Under the pieces are notes generated by a model. The model ran no database searches. It was not told the origin of the DNA and saw nothing but the letters and a program-made list of their open reading frames with translations. Source: Phoronis australis (Eukaryota > Animalia > Phoronida). Taken from it: 64,000 bases of DNA. Shown here one piece after another: positions 61,325 through 64,000 of this stretch. Both the position numbers and the translations under genes were made by a program. The stretch is taken from contig NMRA01000271.1 in NCBI GenBank assembly GCA_002633005.1, forward strand, positions 265,588-329,587, written 5' to 3'. Positions within the stretch are counted from its first letter, which is position 1, and each line of letters begins with the position of its first letter.

Positions 61325-62464
61325 AAACGAGAGCGCTCGGAGGAGTGTAACTTGGCGGAATTAATCGCAAAGACGACGATGAGGAGGACGACGACAATCA
61401 TGACGATCAAGGCAGCAATTATGAATAAAACGATAACATTCATGTGACTAGCGAAGAAATCAAATAGAGAGCATACAATCAACTACAATAAAGAACAAAA
61501 GATGGCGCAACATGACGGTCTAGTCTACAGTAGGACATTGCTGGCTGGGTCAGTCTGGGTCAACTAGGCATAACCAAAACAAAGTGAACTGAAACCCAGC
61601 CAGCTGCGTGCTTGCATAGGTGACCGAAGGAACAACGGTATCCGAAAATCTCTAATAATTCAAAAAGTAGACGTTGTAGCGCAAAATGGAAAATATCTTC
61701 TGAAAGCCCGTTCAAAATTCTATTTAAAGTGGTAGTTTGGCAAAAATCAAAAAATTTTTCGAGAAAATTTAAAATTTGCCGTTTTTTTTTGAAATTCAAA
61801 GTCAAATAACTCGAAAACGGTAAGTTTGAGAAATACGCTCTGGCGGACTTTTTGAAAGGCCATACTTCAAGGAATCCACATGCAAAAATTCACGTCATTT
61901 GCTCTTCCCGTTAAAAATGCGACACCAGAACGATTGAAACCGTGTGAACATGCGTCATAGCCGCCATCTTGAAAGTGACTTCCAGTTCTATAAACTTTTA
62001 TAAAAGCTTATTAAACTCAACAAACACGTGACCAGTTTGAAAGTAATTGGTTTGCAAATGCGCCCTCTACAGGAGAAAACGTTTTTTGGCCATATTTCGG
62101 GGTGCGCATGCGCCACATCCAATATTTCCGCCATCTTTGACCGGAAGTCAACGATTTTCTGCACAGTTGTAGCACATGCGTTCTAGTATAATCGTACCGA
62201 TTTTCAGCCATGTACGTCGAAAAATGCGGCCTCTACGAGTATTTGATTGTGAAATTGGATACAAAATGGCCGCCACGTCCGCCATTTTATATCCGATCAT
62301 GACCAAAAACAATAGCATTCCAGTACTTCCCAATCTACATGTTGTGTGCAAATTTTGTGAAAATCGGACAAAAATTGCGACCTGTAGAGAGCGAACAAAC
62401 ACACACAAAAAAAAACTTGCTGTCAGACCAACATACTTGGCGGAAGAATTCCGCCAAGTAACAA
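61325..62464 (-). mobile_element. Second Helentron-like non-autonomous element (HINE), nested in a MITE
   Basis: Subterminal IR GTAACTTGGCGGAATT (61347) vs AATTCCGCCAAGTAAC (62447); perfect hairpin TACTTGGCGGAA-GAA-TTCCGCCAAGTA (62434-62460); palindrome GAGCGCTC at the other end; ACAC microsatellite; inserted in an A/T run. Confidence 0.7.
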
Positions 62465-63501
62465 TTCCTCGCTGCATTTTAGAGGACAGTGCACAGCATA
62501 GTTTCTGAACATTTGGTATGAATTCGATGAGTCATTACAGTTGTTCTGAAGGTCGACAAATTTTTCCAGGGTCTTGTGTAACCAATATTTGTCTGCTAAC
62601 ACTTCATGGAGTGTTCTGTAATTCATCATCAAGGCCAACTATCCTGGCACCTTGTAATGAGACCTCGTGTTCCCCAAGCCGAGTAACTGTATCCAAACTT
62701 ACAGTGTAAACTCACGTAAACCGGCACATCTAAGTCAGGATTATCGCTTAAGTTCTGTGGTGCGGTTCTTTTTGTTCATGCACATGGCCCTTCAGTTAAG
62801 TTGGATTCTACTTACTCGGATAAAATCTCTCGACCCGTTTGGATCCGACTTATGTGAGTTGTCCACTTTGCCGTTTTACAGTAAAAATTTAATCTGTTCA
62901 TGACACAATGGCGATCAAATGAAATTTCAGTTTGTCAAGTTCTCAACAAAAATAACTTTTCGAGAAAATTTATTTTTCTTTTTAACATGGTTTATATTGT
63001 GTGGCTATTAACAAAGGACATTTTGGTAAATTGTGAGCATTTGCAGTAATGTGGTAATATGGCAATTTTAGGGATTATTTATGTTCCATATTGAAGGATT
63101 TTTACCGTAGTCTAGGACAAGTGTTGTTTATTCTATGTAAAGACACTGGTTTTCCATGACAATAGAAAACATGGTCACGAAATTCATAGAAACTGACTTC
63201 TGTCGTAGAGTTAAATGTTTTGAATGGGATTTACGTATTCCAGTATCGGATACCATAGTTCCAATAGGGGGCGCTGTTCTTTTCCCAGTTTTGAGTTGTT
63301 GGTAAAATGGAGCTGTAACACTTTGATGTAATTAAACGGAATTTATTGAATTTAGGAAACTGAAAAAAGTAGATCCAGATTTTATGATCGTTGCAATAGT
63401 TCACTCTGTTTTTGAAAACGGAAAACCAATAAGGTCTCTGTGTAGTAAATTTATTCACCCAATGTAAGTATTTGTAGCAACTATTGGTCTATTCCTTGCA
63501 G

Positions 63502-63610
63502 GCCAGTAATCATTACCGACGTTGTTCCCAAATGGGGAGCGTTTCACTGGAGCAAGGCCTTCTTTTACAAGTACTACGGACAGGAAAGGGTTGTCATGGT
63601 TGCTGTTGAG
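63502..63610 (+). CDS. JmjC-domain protein, second coding exon (WPVIITDVVPKWGAFHWSKAFFYKYYGQERVVMVAVE); gene continues beyond window
   Basis: TTGCAG/GTATGC boundaries; phase matches exon 1. The joined peptide LSLEEF-x3-Y-x3-WPVIITD-x4-W-x4-W-x8-YG is the typical N-terminal lead-in of JmjC/cupin-8 hydroxylases. Confidence 0.82.
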
Positions 63611-63822
63611 GTATGCTGTGCCAGACCTTTGTTTAGCTGAGTATCATGAAGTTTTTTTTTAGAAAATCTGCAAAAGTGGGCGGAACCATGTCAAAGCTTC
63701 AAAGTTTTGACTGACAGGTAGTTGTGATGGGAATACCACACCATTGCCATGTACGCTAATTATGTAAATCCATACCCCAAAATTATTGTATTTTGCAGAT
63801 TTTCTCAAAAAAACGCCTCTCA

Positions 63823-63883
63823 GGTTCCGAATCTCTGCGTGTTCTTTTCTCATGGTTCCGAATCTCTGCGTGTTCTTTTCTCA
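63823..63883. repeat. 31-bp tandem duplication
   Basis: GGTTCCGAATCTCTGCGTGTTCTTTTCTCA x2. Confidence 0.85.
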
Positions 63884-64000
63884 CGACTTTTTCAGGATTT
63901 TTCATTCAGAAAGTAAACATTTTAATTTTGGCTAGTGAATGTATCCAGGCGTTTAAAAGAATGCATGACCTCAGGGCCTGACTTGCAAAATCGGGCGTTC

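Overview
AT-rich (~39% GC by eye) genomic DNA from an animal, most likely a highly heterozygous invertebrate; it is not prokaryotic. Three protein-coding genes can be supported. (1) A small secreted follistatin/Kazal-type protein (+, 2115-2489). (2) A complete GIGYF1/2 orthologue on the minus strand (ATG at 44213, stop at 7100). I reconstructed it by hand as 27 coding exons with GT-AG boundaries and consistent phases, 3609 nt, about 1202 aa. (3) The first two coding exons of a membrane-anchored JmjC-domain protein (+, from 57656, running off the window), divergent from GIGYF across a motif-rich promoter region at about 48.7-50.4 kb. Six tandem 'duplications', each abutting an N, look like uncollapsed haplotypes. 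They expose a polyQ-length allele and two presence/absence transposon insertions. The introns hold a THAP-bearing Kolobok-type transposon relic, Helentron-like non-autonomous elements (one carrying an array of CTCF-like motifs), several MITE/foldback families, tRNA-derived SINEs and an unusual inverted pair of tRNA-like Pol III units flanked by a 14-bp direct repeat. Candidate alternative exons of GIGYF (a 33-nt microexon and alternative terminal exons) are flagged. All calls come from manual reading; no searches were run.
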